From assembly GCA_016187515.1 (NCBI GenBank), contig JACPJN010000009.1, positions 68,891 through 132,890 on the forward strand: a stretch of DNA of 64,000 bases, written 5' to 3'. Numbering within the stretch: position 1 is the stretch's first letter; each line of letters starts with the position of its first letter. A program made the translations under genes and the position numbers. This document shows positions 35,553-44,363 of the stretch, piece after piece. A model generated the notes under the pieces. That model made no database searches. It was not told the origin of the DNA and saw only the letters and a program-made list of their open reading frames with translations. The stretch comes from Candidatus Uhrbacteria bacterium (lineage in GTDB: Bacteria; Patescibacteriota; Patescibacteriia; GWA2-47-26).

Positions 35553-36265
35553 TCCTTAACCAAGTCAAGGTCAATCGGCTCACACTCGCGTCCGGTTTGC
35601 GGATCATAGATTTGCGCGCGCGCCAGCCAGCAATTGCCGTCTCCGCGCTCGCACCAGTACCGCACCGGCGAACCGTCGTCAAGGTCAAAAAACACCGCGT
35701 CCTCGGAGTTTTTTTCCAGAACCGGCGGATTCGCCGCATCGCGCCCATTAAGCAGTTGGATCATCTGCGCGGTCATCCGATAGCAGCGCTGGCCGCTTTC
35801 CAAATCCAATCCGCCCGGATTGGAGCAGAATTTTGCCCGACCGTCCAGCGCAATCGCGTAACCGCTGCGCTGATCCCAAAGTACCGAGATCAGCACGAAA
35901 ATCACAACCAGCGCGCCGAGCATGGACGCCCCGAACCAGCGCCGCGAGGACTTCAGGGAAAACAGCTCCCAAAGCCCCCAAACGCCAAGTCCGGCTCCGG
36001 CCCACGCCAAGAGTTTGCCCGCGGCGGCCGGAAATCCGACTCCTTCGGCAAGCGCAATGCTTTCGCTGTACACGTAATAGGCAAACGCGCCCAAACTGGT
36101 CAGGGTCATCAGCAAAATCGCGCTTACGGCGATATTGATGACCCAAAGCGCGGTCAAAGCCCGCCGCGCCCAGCGCTGGCTTCGTTTTGACCAGAGCAGC
36201 CCAGTTACAAGAATGCTGACCGTAAACTGAATCAAAGTGATGATCAACCAGAGCGTCATGACCAA
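35483..36265 (-). CDS. polytopic membrane protein with a C-terminal WCERGDGxC Cys-rich domain
   Basis: 4-5 TM helices followed by VFFDLDDGSPVRYWCERGDGNCWLARAQIYDPQTGRECEPIDLD. Confidence 0.55.
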   Translation of the reverse strand: MVMTLWLIITLIQFTVSILVTGLLWSKRSQRWARRALTALWVINIAVSAILLMTLTSLGAFAYYVYSESIALAEGVGFPAAAGKLLAWAGAGLGVWGLWELFSLKSSRRWFGASMLGALVVIFVLISVLWDQRSGYAIALDGRAKFCSNPGGLDLESGQRCYRMTAQMIQLLNGRDAANPPVLEKNSEDAVFFDLDDGSPVRYWCERGDGNCWLARAQIYDPQTGRECEPIDLDLVKECRMRMAPPTDRLPSKRAAPSRN

Positions 36266-36420
36266 CCTCCTTTTTGGTGTTGATTGACTGTAATTTGATT
36301 GTCAAGGAACGGCTGTTGCTGTTCCGTCCGGTTCGTCCACCGCGTGTTTGGTGAGCAAGCCGGATAGAACGGGATGGAACGCGGCATTGGCGCTCCATCC
36401 CAAAGTATAGATCCCCGGAC

Positions 36421-36630
36421 CTATCCGCCGAAAAGATCCTTCAGCCGGCCCAGAAACGCCGTGCCGCGCCGGCGCGCTTCTTCCAGCACGCCCGCCAATT
36501 CCTCGGCTTCGCGCGAAAGTTCTCGCACACGGATCTTGAGCGGCGAGATCGCAGCGGGCGCGCCGCTGCGCTCCGGCGGAGCAGATTCGCCGACTTTTTC
36601 CGCGACCTCCGCGGGCTGTTCTGCGGACAT
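36421..36630 (-). CDS. hypothetical small protein
   Basis: 69 aa; begins 4 nt after the stop of the upstream small membrane protein gene. Confidence 0.4.
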   Translation of the reverse strand: MSAEQPAEVAEKVGESAPPERSGAPAAISPLKIRVRELSREAEELAGVLEEARRRGTAFLGRLKDLFGG

Positions 36631-36634
36631 CGCC

Positions 36635-36883
36635 CTACCCTCCTCTCTTCTCGGCCAGCTTGCGCTGCTTTTCCTCGCGCCGCCGCCGCCGCGCCCAGTC
36701 GGCTCCGAAGAACGCGGCGATTGCCAGCAGAAGCGGCGCTACGACCGCGCCGGCGTTGGTGTGCACCGACGACTGCACTCCGGCGGTGCGCGCATCTTTC
36801 GCGAACTTGGCGCTCGCGATGACCGCAAATCCGATGCCGATAGTCAGCATCAAGACGAACAGGGCAAAAGCGAGAGCAAACAT
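36635..36883 (-). CDS. small two-TM membrane protein
   Basis: MFALAFALFVLMLTIGIGFAVIASAKF...VVAPLLLAIAAFFG; SD AAAAGGAGG upstream; the track ORF extends (TTG) to 36943. Confidence 0.5.
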   Translation of the reverse strand: MFALAFALFVLMLTIGIGFAVIASAKFAKDARTAGVQSSVHTNAGAVVAPLLLAIAAFFGADWARRRRREEKQRKLAEKRGG

Positions 36884-36936
36884 GACGACCTCCTTTTTCG
36901 GGGTTGTTCGGTTTTCCGGCTTTTCAGCCGGGGTGG

Positions 36937-36967
36937 TTGTCAAAGAGCGGGATGCTCTTCAACTTTC
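36937..36967. promoter_or_regulatory. second copy of the 28-bp palindromic motif TTGTCAAAGAGCGGGATGCTCTTCAACT
   Basis: One mismatch relative to the 14017..14046 copy; lies upstream of the first gene of the minus-strand 36.9-33.9 kb operon. Confidence 0.6.
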
Positions 36968-37304
36968 AGACATCGCAAGCTAGGTCAGCATCCACTCGGG
37001 TGCAGTCCCTCAATGGAACCGCCGCGGTCAAGCACGCGCAGACATTCGCGCACCCACTCCGGCATCTCCCGCTGATCCTGCGCGCCAGAACCTCGCGCGT
37101 TTTTCGTCCGGTCCGCCTGCGCCGCGCAAGCGGGTCTGAAAACTTCCGAGACCTCTGCAAATCTTCTCACCATGTTTGTCCTCCTTTTCATTCATCCCCC
37201 TTCTGCTTTTTAGTATAAAAAAACGCCGCGCTGACAAATAGCGACAAGGTCTGAAAAGCAGGCCTCCAGGCCTGCACGACTGTTCTCCCTTTTTGCAACT
37301 AACA

Positions 37305-37370
37305 ACCCAATAACCCAAGTACCTAATCACCTAAATACCTAAGTACCTAATCACCTAATCACCTCACCCT
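37305..37370. repeat. tandem array of 8-9-bp units (TACCTAAGT / CACCTAATC)
   Basis: CAACCCAATAACCCAAGTACCTAATCACCTAAATACCTAAGTACCTAATCACCTAATCACC immediately 3' of the 626-aa gene. Confidence 0.75.
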
Positions 37371-39244
37371 TTCTCCACCAGCCCCACCCGCATCAGTTTG
37401 TCCGGTTTGAAGTGCACTTTATAATTGGAACCCAGTCCGCCGTGAATTTCCAAACCAAGGTGTTTGCCAGTCAGCTCCTTGACCACACTCACCAGGGGTC
37501 TCACGATTTTGGATTCCATCTGATTGCGATCGGAACGGTAGCAGGAGGCCGGCAATTCCGCCGCCGAGAGTTCACCGCCATTGCCCATAAACTTGCGAAA
37601 AAGTTCAATGGTTTGTTTGGCGCTGTGAATCTGGTTGGAAGTCAACGGCTTGCCCCGCACATACACTCGTCCTTCTTTACCTTCCAAAAGCAAATCAAAT
37701 CTCTCGCGTTCGCGGTCCCATTTTTCACGAGTATAAAGCGTGGCGCCAATTTTTCCTTCCCCATTCCACTCCCGCGCCGTAATACTTTGCGCGGCGGTAA
37801 ATGGCGAGTAAATCCCGGTTTCCACATGCTGTTCTACGCGCGCGCCGGCCGAAGCCGTATTGCCATCGCACCACGAAGCCCAGTGGCAATGCACGGGTTT
37901 TTTAACTTCTTCGCGGATCAGCGGCAGCGCTTCATTAAATATCGGCGCCAGAGTGTTAAGCGGCCCCAGCACCATTAAACAGCCATGATTACCCGGCCCA
38001 ATCAGCCGGGTTGCCACGCCCAAATCAGTGTGCTTGGCGCCCACCACCCGCAGCATAGTTTGCGGCCGACTCAACACTAACGGCGAAAGCCCTAAAATGC
38101 GCAGCACATGCTGACTAATGTTTTGATTTTGAAAAAAATCCCGCAAAACATGCGGCGCGGCGCCGTAAAGAAACAAGTCATGCATGGTCTTAAACACGGT
38201 CATGGACAGCACCACGGAGGACTTGCGATAGACCTGGAACATGTCCATGCCGGCGGACTGGCCCGGACCGCCTTGGGCCAGCTCCAAGAACCAAGGCGTA
38301 TCGCGGAAAGTATCCGGCACCAGATTTTTAAAAGTGCTGCTGGCAAACGCCGCGGCTTCATCCAGTTTGGCCTTAAACGCGCTGCGGGTCTGATAAACAA
38401 AACGCGAATCGCCTTCTTCTCCGGTAAACAGCAAAGCCGCGTCAATTGGCCAAGCCGGATTAGGATCCAGCTGAAACAGTTCGTCCATGCGGCTGCCGCG
38501 AAAAAATAATCCATCCGAAGCGTTATAGTAAGAAGACGGATGCTCCAAGCCATAATCCCGATAGTGGTCAAACAAAAACGGGTCCGGTTCGCGAAAATAA
38601 ACCACTGGATACTGGGAATCAATTAAAGTGGCAAAAGTGATATGCGCGTCTGAAAGCCAATTGGCAATAATGGAATCCAGTTTCCAGGCCAGGCGAAATA
38701 CTTTTTCAAAGGCCTTAGACCCGGCCAGCTGTTCGGTGGGCATTTTCACGAATTCCGCCGCTTCGCTCGGAGTAATCGCGCCTAAATGCAGCAGCCAGGC
38801 CGTGGCGATGGACGCTCCGCAAAGCGGATCCACATTAAGTCCGCGATACCACGGAATCTCGCAAAGCATCCAAATCCGGGCGCCCTGGCTTTTGCGGTAC
38901 GGCGCGGCCGCGTGCGCGAGCATTTCCAAAAGCAGCGGATTGCAGCGCGTCGTATCCCAGTCCTCAAATTCATCGCGTTCCGGAATAAAATAGCGCATTG
39001 GTCCATAACTGATTCCGCTGGCCGCGCAGGGCTCAATGCCAATATGAATTCTTAGCGGCAATTTGCTAATCAGGCCAATCCCGCCCGGGCCTACGGCATA
39101 AGTGGGCGACCACATCAAAGTGGCCGGCGCGGAAACCACCGTGGGACAAGAACGATACAGCTCTTCATAAAGCTGGCGATGCCGCTCTTGAATGGTCTGA
39201 CTGTTAGCGTGGGTATGAAATTCTTTAGATAGCATACTGTGCAA
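37364..39244 (-). CDS. large hypothetical protein (626 aa)
   Basis: Long uninterrupted ORF; no family confidently recognised. Confidence 0.5.
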   Translation of the reverse strand: MHSMLSKEFHTHANSQTIQERHRQLYEELYRSCPTVVSAPATLMWSPTYAVGPGGIGLISKLPLRIHIGIEPCAASGISYGPMRYFIPERDEFEDWDTTRCNPLLLEMLAHAAAPYRKSQGARIWMLCEIPWYRGLNVDPLCGASIATAWLLHLGAITPSEAAEFVKMPTEQLAGSKAFEKVFRLAWKLDSIIANWLSDAHITFATLIDSQYPVVYFREPDPFLFDHYRDYGLEHPSSYYNASDGLFFRGSRMDELFQLDPNPAWPIDAALLFTGEEGDSRFVYQTRSAFKAKLDEAAAFASSTFKNLVPDTFRDTPWFLELAQGGPGQSAGMDMFQVYRKSSVVLSMTVFKTMHDLFLYGAAPHVLRDFFQNQNISQHVLRILGLSPLVLSRPQTMLRVVGAKHTDLGVATRLIGPGNHGCLMVLGPLNTLAPIFNEALPLIREEVKKPVHCHWASWCDGNTASAGARVEQHVETGIYSPFTAAQSITAREWNGEGKIGATLYTREKWDRERERFDLLLEGKEGRVYVRGKPLTSNQIHSAKQTIELFRKFMGNGGELSAAELPASCYRSDRNQMESKIVRPLVSVVKELTGKHLGLEIHGGLGSNYKVHFKPDKLMRVGLVEKG

Positions 39245-39419
39245 CGGACGGCGGAGTAGGGGGGCGCAGGCCTTAAAAAGGCGCCTTGGTTGGGATTTTA
39301 CACCCCCCTTACCCTATCCGACCGCGTATAGTATCTCTGAAAATATCTCTGAAAAATAGAGACCACGTCTGAACACTTGCATTCACTTAAAAACCAGTAC
39401 TTTTTCACTTTATTTATAC

Positions 39420-39460
39420 TAAAAAGGCCCTAATTTGTCAAGGGCTGCTGAAAACCGCTC
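39420..39460 (-). terminator. intrinsic terminator for the DUF192 gene
   Basis: Minus-strand hairpin around GGGCC...GGCCC followed by TTTTTAGTATAAATAAAG. Confidence 0.5.
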
Positions 39461-39496
39461 CACCGGTTGATAACGATTGTTAACCATGAGTACCGA

Positions 39497-39949
39497 CTAT
39501 GGATTCCCGCCCGTCATCCTGATTTCGTCACCAATCTTTAGCCCATGCCGCTCGGTAAATCCCGCGTTGACCTCCAGGACGGCATCGGCTGGCTCTTTTG
39601 GCTGAACCGTCGCGGGCGGCTGATCGCCCGCCGGATATGGCACATTTTCACTGATGTCCACAATCTTCCCCTCCCGAATCCAGATAATGTCCAGCGGAAA
39701 GCGCATGTCCTTCATCCAAAAACTGTGGCGCGCCGACTGTTCCAGGGGAAAATACATACCTTGATCCGCCGGCAAGGAATCGCGCCCGGAAAGTCCTTGC
39801 GCGCGAGAGACCGGCGTGTCGGCAATCTCCACGGTAACGACAGTGTCACCAATAATAATCACGTTCGGCTGCACCACCGGCTTTATCTTCAAATACACAA
39901 ACGCAGCCGCCATGACGGCCAAAACGATAATAACCAATTTACTCTTCAT
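39497..39949 (-). CDS. DUF192 domain-containing protein
   Basis: Signal/TM N-terminus; GLSGRDSLPADQGMYFPL...FWMKDMRFPLDIIWIREGKIV matches DUF192 (COG1430). Confidence 0.75.
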   Translation of the reverse strand: MKSKLVIIVLAVMAAAFVYLKIKPVVQPNVIIIGDTVVTVEIADTPVSRAQGLSGRDSLPADQGMYFPLEQSARHSFWMKDMRFPLDIIWIREGKIVDISENVPYPAGDQPPATVQPKEPADAVLEVNAGFTERHGLKIGDEIRMTGGNP

Positions 39950-41036
39950 ATTTTCGGTGTTGGTAGCGCAAAACCAGAATCACCGCCAGGCCGGTCATCA
40001 ACAAGACCAGCGCGCCAAGCGCAATAAGTTTCTGTTTGCTTTGCAGGAATAAAGTAGTCATCCCAAATGCGGCCGCGATCGTCCATAACAAAAGTACCGC
40101 CCCGCGCTGGGAAAATCCAGCATCTAATAGACGAAAATGCAAGTGCTGGCTATCTCCGATTGCTGGCGACTTCCTTTCCCACAGTATGCGCCTAGCGATA
40201 ACCCATACCGTGTCCAGTACCGGAACCCCCAATACCAGGAGCGCGGTAGCAATTTTCCCTCCCGAAATAATGGCGAGTATACCGAGCAAAAATCCCGCCA
40301 GCGTCGATCCGCCTGTTCCTAAAAAAATCTTGGCCGGATGCCAGTTCCAGAACAAAAATCCGGCAAATGCGCCGGCCACCATAATCGCGAGCATCCCCAC
40401 CTCGGGTTGCAAAAATTTCGTTACCGTGGCTAATAAAAAAATCGTCAACGCTCCGATCACCGTCATGCCGGACACCAGCCCGTCAAGTCCATCCAGTAAT
40501 TTTGTCGTATACATCATGCCCATGATCCACGCAAATGTAAAAAGATCGGCCGGAAGCGTAACGCGATATCCTACCCCTTGCCACCAAAATAGTACTTTCT
40601 CCCAGGACACGAGCGATATTACGCCGCCAAACGGATTGGTAATCTCACGAATTCCAATCCCGCTGGCAATAATGATAAGCGCGGCTGCAATGGTAAACAC
40701 GATTTGCCGCGAGGGCTTTAAGTTATATTTGTCATCAAGATACCCGCCAAGGATAAGTAGAGCGCCGGCAACCGAAATACCAATCAGATGCTTTATCGTG
40801 ATGGACGCCAACAACAGCTGCGGCGTATAAATTGCCACATACCACATCACGGCCATTAGTCCCACAAAAACCCCCAATCCGCCCAAAAGCGGAGTTGGCT
40901 TGGTATGAATCTTGCGCGGCTCTCCGGGCACGTCAAGCACGCGCCAGCTTACCGCAAGATGGCGCGTGAGCGGCGTTAGCGCAGAGACCGCCGCGCACGA
41001 CACAATGAACGCCAAAAAATACCGCATAAAAATCAC
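39939..41036 (-). CDS. glycosyltransferase family 4 (MraY/WecA-type) polyprenyl-phosphate N-acetylhexosamine-1-phosphate transferase
   Basis: 10-11 TM helices; VLDVPGEPRKIHTKPTPLLGGLGVF and DDKYNLKPSRQI motifs typical of the WecA/MraY family. Confidence 0.75.
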   Translation of the reverse strand: MIFMRYFLAFIVSCAAVSALTPLTRHLAVSWRVLDVPGEPRKIHTKPTPLLGGLGVFVGLMAVMWYVAIYTPQLLLASITIKHLIGISVAGALLILGGYLDDKYNLKPSRQIVFTIAAALIIIASGIGIREITNPFGGVISLVSWEKVLFWWQGVGYRVTLPADLFTFAWIMGMMYTTKLLDGLDGLVSGMTVIGALTIFLLATVTKFLQPEVGMLAIMVAGAFAGFLFWNWHPAKIFLGTGGSTLAGFLLGILAIISGGKIATALLVLGVPVLDTVWVIARRILWERKSPAIGDSQHLHFRLLDAGFSQRGAVLLLWTIAAAFGMTTLFLQSKQKLIALGALVLLMTGLAVILVLRYQHRKYEE

Positions 41037-41527
41037 TTTCCCCCCCTCTCGGATAGACCCCTCCTATCCTCCCCTTGGTAAGGGGAGGAAATCGGATCGC
41101 TTCTCCCCCTTTTCAAGGGGGAGGTAGAGGGGGTCCGTAGCTTTCTCCCCCTCTCCGAGGGGGAGTCAGAGGGGGTCAAATGTTGTCTGATCTTTTCTAC
41201 CACTCCGGCAATACTATCTCGCACTTCATTGTCCGTAACACGAATCACTCGAATCCCCCGCTGTTCAATAAACCGCTGTCGCGCGGCATCATGGTCGCCA
41301 GCGCCTGCTTGATAATGACTATCCCCATCAACTTCGATTGCTAATTTTGCGGGATCGCAGTAGAAATCAACCACGTACGGACCAATGCCGTATTGACGAC
41401 GAAATTTGTATCCATCGATATATTCCTTGCGGAGATAATACCATAGGATCTTTTCCGCATGCGTCATCCGATTGCGTAATTGCTGTCGTAATGGTGTTTG
41501 AAGTTCACGATTAAATAATGTTCCCAT
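41033..41527 (-). CDS. DUF559 (Vsr-like endonuclease domain) protein with its C-terminal about 45 aa encoded by a repeat element
   Basis: MTHAEKILWYYLRKEYIDGYKFRRQYGIGPYVVDFYCDPAKLAIEVDGDSH...RQRFIEQRGIRVIRV; tail PSDSPSERGRKLRTPSTSPLKRGRSDPISSPYQGED is the translated hairpin array. Confidence 0.75.
   Translation of the reverse strand: MGTLFNRELQTPLRQQLRNRMTHAEKILWYYLRKEYIDGYKFRRQYGIGPYVVDFYCDPAKLAIEVDGDSHYQAGAGDHDAARQRFIEQRGIRVIRVTDNEVRDSIAGVVEKIRQHLTPSDSPSERGRKLRTPSTSPLKRGRSDPISSPYQGEDRRGLSERGGK
41041..41178. mobile_element. GC-rich MITE-like element array (GACCCCTCCTA family, 3 hairpin modules)
   Basis: GACCCCTCCTATCCTCCCCTTGGTAAGGGGAGG ... CTCCCCCTTTTCAAGGGGGAGGTAGAGGGGGTC ... CTCCCCCTCTCCGAGGGGGAGTCAGAGGGGGTC. 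Confidence 0.8.
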
Positions 41528-41537
41528 ACGCTTACGT

Positions 41538-41661
41538 TAGACCCCTCCTAGCCTCCCCTTGGTAAGGGGAGGAAACGATTCAATTTCTCCCCCTCTCGGA
41601 GGGGGAGGTAGAGGGGGTCCGTAGCTTTCTCCCCCTCTCCGAGGGGGAGGTAGAGGGGGTC
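41538..41661. mobile_element. GC-rich MITE-like element (second copy, near-identical to 41041..41178)
   Basis: GACCCCTCCTAGCCTCCCCTTGGTAAGGGGAGG...GAGGGGGAGGTAGAGGGGGTC, present twice; intergenic between the DUF559 and clpC-like genes. Confidence 0.8.
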
Positions 41662-41665
41662 ATTT

Positions 41666-44353
41666 CTACAACTTCTCCGCTTTCTCTACCCGTAGCTGCC
41701 CGCCTTTTTCAAGGATCACGAGGTCGCGGCGGCCGAGCTTGGCGGTGAGCAGGAGATTCGCCAGGGCGTCGTTGACGCGCTCTTGGATTACGCGCCGCAG
41801 CGGACGGGCGCCGAAAAGCGGATCAAAGCCGGCATGCGCGAGCTCGGAGACGGCCTCATCAGTGGCGCGGAAGGTAATCCCTTTGGCCTCCAGTTGCTTG
41901 CCGACTTTAGCGAGCATCAGTTTCGCGATCTGCACAATCTCGGTCTCGGAAAGCGGTTTGTACACGATCACGGCATCAAAACGGTTTAAAAATTCCGGCC
42001 TAAAGTATTGCTTCAATTCGCGCTCAACAAGCGTTTTCTTGATCTCCTCCAGTGCCGTGCCTTTTTTAAGCTCTTCTTGAATAAACGGCGTCCCCGCGTT
42101 CGAGGTGCCGATAATAATGGTGTTGGTAAAGTCCACGACCCGTCCGGCGCTGTCGGTTACGCGTCCGTCATCCATCACCTGCAAAAACACGTTTAAAATA
42201 TCCGGATGCGCCTTTTCAATCTCGTCTAAGAGCACCAGCGAAAAGGGATTCTTGCGCACCGGCTCGGTAAGCAGTCCCCCATGCTCGCCCGGAGCGCCAA
42301 GCAGGCGATGCACACTGCCCTTATCTTGATACTCGGACATGTCCACGCGGGCCATGTGTGCTTCATTGCCAAAATACACTTCGGCCACGGTTTTCGCCGT
42401 CTCGGTCTTGCCCACCCCGGTGGGTCCCAGAAACAAGAAATTCGCAATCGGCCGCTTTTGTTCGCGAATCTCGGCGCGCGCGCGGCGCAGGGAGGCCGAG
42501 ACGGCTTTGACTGCCTCATCTTGACCAATGATCCGCGCATGCATTATTTTCTCCAGGTTCAAAAGCTTATCTGCCTCGGCCGCGGTAACCGAAGTAACCG
42601 GAACATGCGACTTTGCGGAAATTATTTCCGCAGCATCTTCTCCGCGCACCAATGCTTTCGCCCCCCGCCGATTGCGCACAAGCTCGGCGCTTTCTTTGGC
42701 CATATCAATCGCTTTTTCCGGGAGCGCTTGCTCTTTAAGAAACCGATCCGAAAGCACGACGGCTTTTTCCAGCGCGTTATACGAAAAATACACGCCGCTT
42801 TGGTGTTCAATCGGACCGACTTTGGATTCTAAAATATGTATCGCCGTATTTACCTCGGGCTCTTCCACCTCAATTTTAATACAGGCATTCCCGAGCGGGC
42901 TGCCTTCGATCCGGGCTTGATATTCTTCCGCAGTTGTGGTCGCGATCGCCAAAAAATACCCTTTTTCCAGCTCGGTGGCGAGCGTCTCTCCCAAATCCAG
43001 CCCGGCCCCCGCGCTGGCGCCGATTAATTCATGGACATTGGGCAGCGCCAAAACTACGTTACGCGAACGCGCAATATCATAAACACAAGTCAGCAAGCGC
43101 TCCTGGGCTTGCGCAGGGTTCGCTCCGGAAACTAATTTCGGTATGGATAATGAAACCAGACGGCGATCCTTAAGCGAGCGCGGAACTTCTTCCTCCACCA
43201 TCCGCTGCGCCAGACCATTAAGTATTGCTTCTTTACCAACCCCATGCGGGCCGACTAGAATAATACTTTTTCGCTCGCCCTCCAGAACCCGGAAAATCTC
43301 GTCAAACTCTTTCGCGCGATCAACCGTAAGCTCCAGATAGCCGCGCCCGGCAAGCCGAGTCAGGTCGTCGGAAAAGCGATCCAACGCCCGGGTCTGGAGC
43401 GCGGTCATCGCGCGATTCATCTCGCCTTTTGGACGGCGCGAGGCGGCGCCGCGAAAATGCTTCCAGCGCCGGCGCAATTCTTCGTTAATCTCCAGCCAGC
43501 GGACGGAATTGCGCAATTTTCGTTCGTCAATTCCCAGGTCGAAAAAAATTTCCTTAAGCCGCTCATCCGCCAGCGCTGTTTGGAGGAGTACCTGATGAGC
43601 GCCGACATATTCACTCTGGGCTTGCTGCGCGTCTTGGTAAGCAGTGATAATGATTTGCTTGGCAGTGTCGCCAAAGGTTGGATCACTCCCACCCCTCCCT
43701 CCCACCCCCTCTTGATCTCCCCCTCGGGCAGGGGGAGAGATTCCTCGGGCAGGGGAGGAAACCGCTTTTTCTCCCCCTCTTAAGTTAAGAGGGGGCAGGG
43801 GGGCGTTATGAACCGATTCCAACACATGCTTTAGGCGATCTTGCAATCCTTTCACATCAATCTCCAGTCGCACAAGAAGAGACGCCACTGACGGCGAACC
43901 CAAAAGCGCCCACATCAAATGCGCCGGCGCGACCTCCGCATGCTTTACGCGCGCAGCCGTGCGGTACGCCCCCCGAATCCGGGCGTACACATCTTCGGTC
44001 AGCGCGCGCGATACATCAATGCGCTTCAACCGTTTCTTTCTCCCCCTTACCAAGGGGGAGATTAAGAGGGGGTGCACCTTCTCTTTTTCCTCTCCTCTTC
44101 TTAATAATCTCATCACCAAATACAAATCCGCAATCAATGAAAACGCAAACACCAATTTTCCTCGTCCGCCAAATTGCCAATAGCGCACGGTAAAAATCCG
44201 CTCCACATCAGGCAGCGCTTCTCCCACCAGTGCTACAATTCCCACCACCGCAAAAGCGCTCACGATCGTGAGGAATATCGCGCGAACAAGTTTGCCCACG
44301 CGCTCCCCCGCCAAACCCGCCCGATCAATTTTTGCTCCGAAATAAAGTTCCAT
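41666..44353 (-). CDS. ClpA/ClpB/ClpC-family AAA+ chaperone ATPase with an unusual N-terminal TM segment and two in-frame element insertions
   Basis: Two Clp_N repeats, NBD1 Walker A GPHGVGKEAIL, NBD2 FLGPTGVGKTETAK, sensor LVLLDEIEKAHPDILNVFLQVMDDGRVTD; the start is uncertain (TM region of about 90 aa precedes Clp_N). Confidence 0.8.
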   Translation of the reverse strand: MELYFGAKIDRAGLAGERVGKLVRAIFLTIVSAFAVVGIVALVGEALPDVERIFTVRYWQFGGRGKLVFAFSLIADLYLVMRLLRRGEEKEKVHPLLISPLVRGRKKRLKRIDVSRALTEDVYARIRGAYRTAARVKHAEVAPAHLMWALLGSPSVASLLVRLEIDVKGLQDRLKHVLESVHNAPLPPLNLRGGEKAVSSPARGISPPARGGDQEGVGGRGGSDPTFGDTAKQIIITAYQDAQQAQSEYVGAHQVLLQTALADERLKEIFFDLGIDERKLRNSVRWLEINEELRRRWKHFRGAASRRPKGEMNRAMTALQTRALDRFSDDLTRLAGRGYLELTVDRAKEFDEIFRVLEGERKSIILVGPHGVGKEAILNGLAQRMVEEEVPRSLKDRRLVSLSIPKLVSGANPAQAQERLLTCVYDIARSRNVVLALPNVHELIGASAGAGLDLGETLATELEKGYFLAIATTTAEEYQARIEGSPLGNACIKIEVEEPEVNTAIHILESKVGPIEHQSGVYFSYNALEKAVVLSDRFLKEQALPEKAIDMAKESAELVRNRRGAKALVRGEDAAEIISAKSHVPVTSVTAAEADKLLNLEKIMHARIIGQDEAVKAVSASLRRARAEIREQKRPIANFLFLGPTGVGKTETAKTVAEVYFGNEAHMARVDMSEYQDKGSVHRLLGAPGEHGGLLTEPVRKNPFSLVLLDEIEKAHPDILNVFLQVMDDGRVTDSAGRVVDFTNTIIIGTSNAGTPFIQEELKKGTALEEIKKTLVERELKQYFRPEFLNRFDAVIVYKPLSETEIVQIAKLMLAKVGKQLEAKGITFRATDEAVSELAHAGFDPLFGARPLRRVIQERVNDALANLLLTAKLGRRDLVILEKGGQLRVEKAEKL
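43684..43812. mobile_element. chimeric GC-rich MITE-like element in frame between the two Clp_N repeats
   Basis: Starts CACTCCCACCCCTCC (CTCCCACCCC-type end) and ends GGGGGCGTTATGAA (TCATAAC-type end); 3-4 hairpins; encodes [40 protein letters not shown]. Confidence 0.75.
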
Positions 44354-44363
44354 CGCGCTTGAA

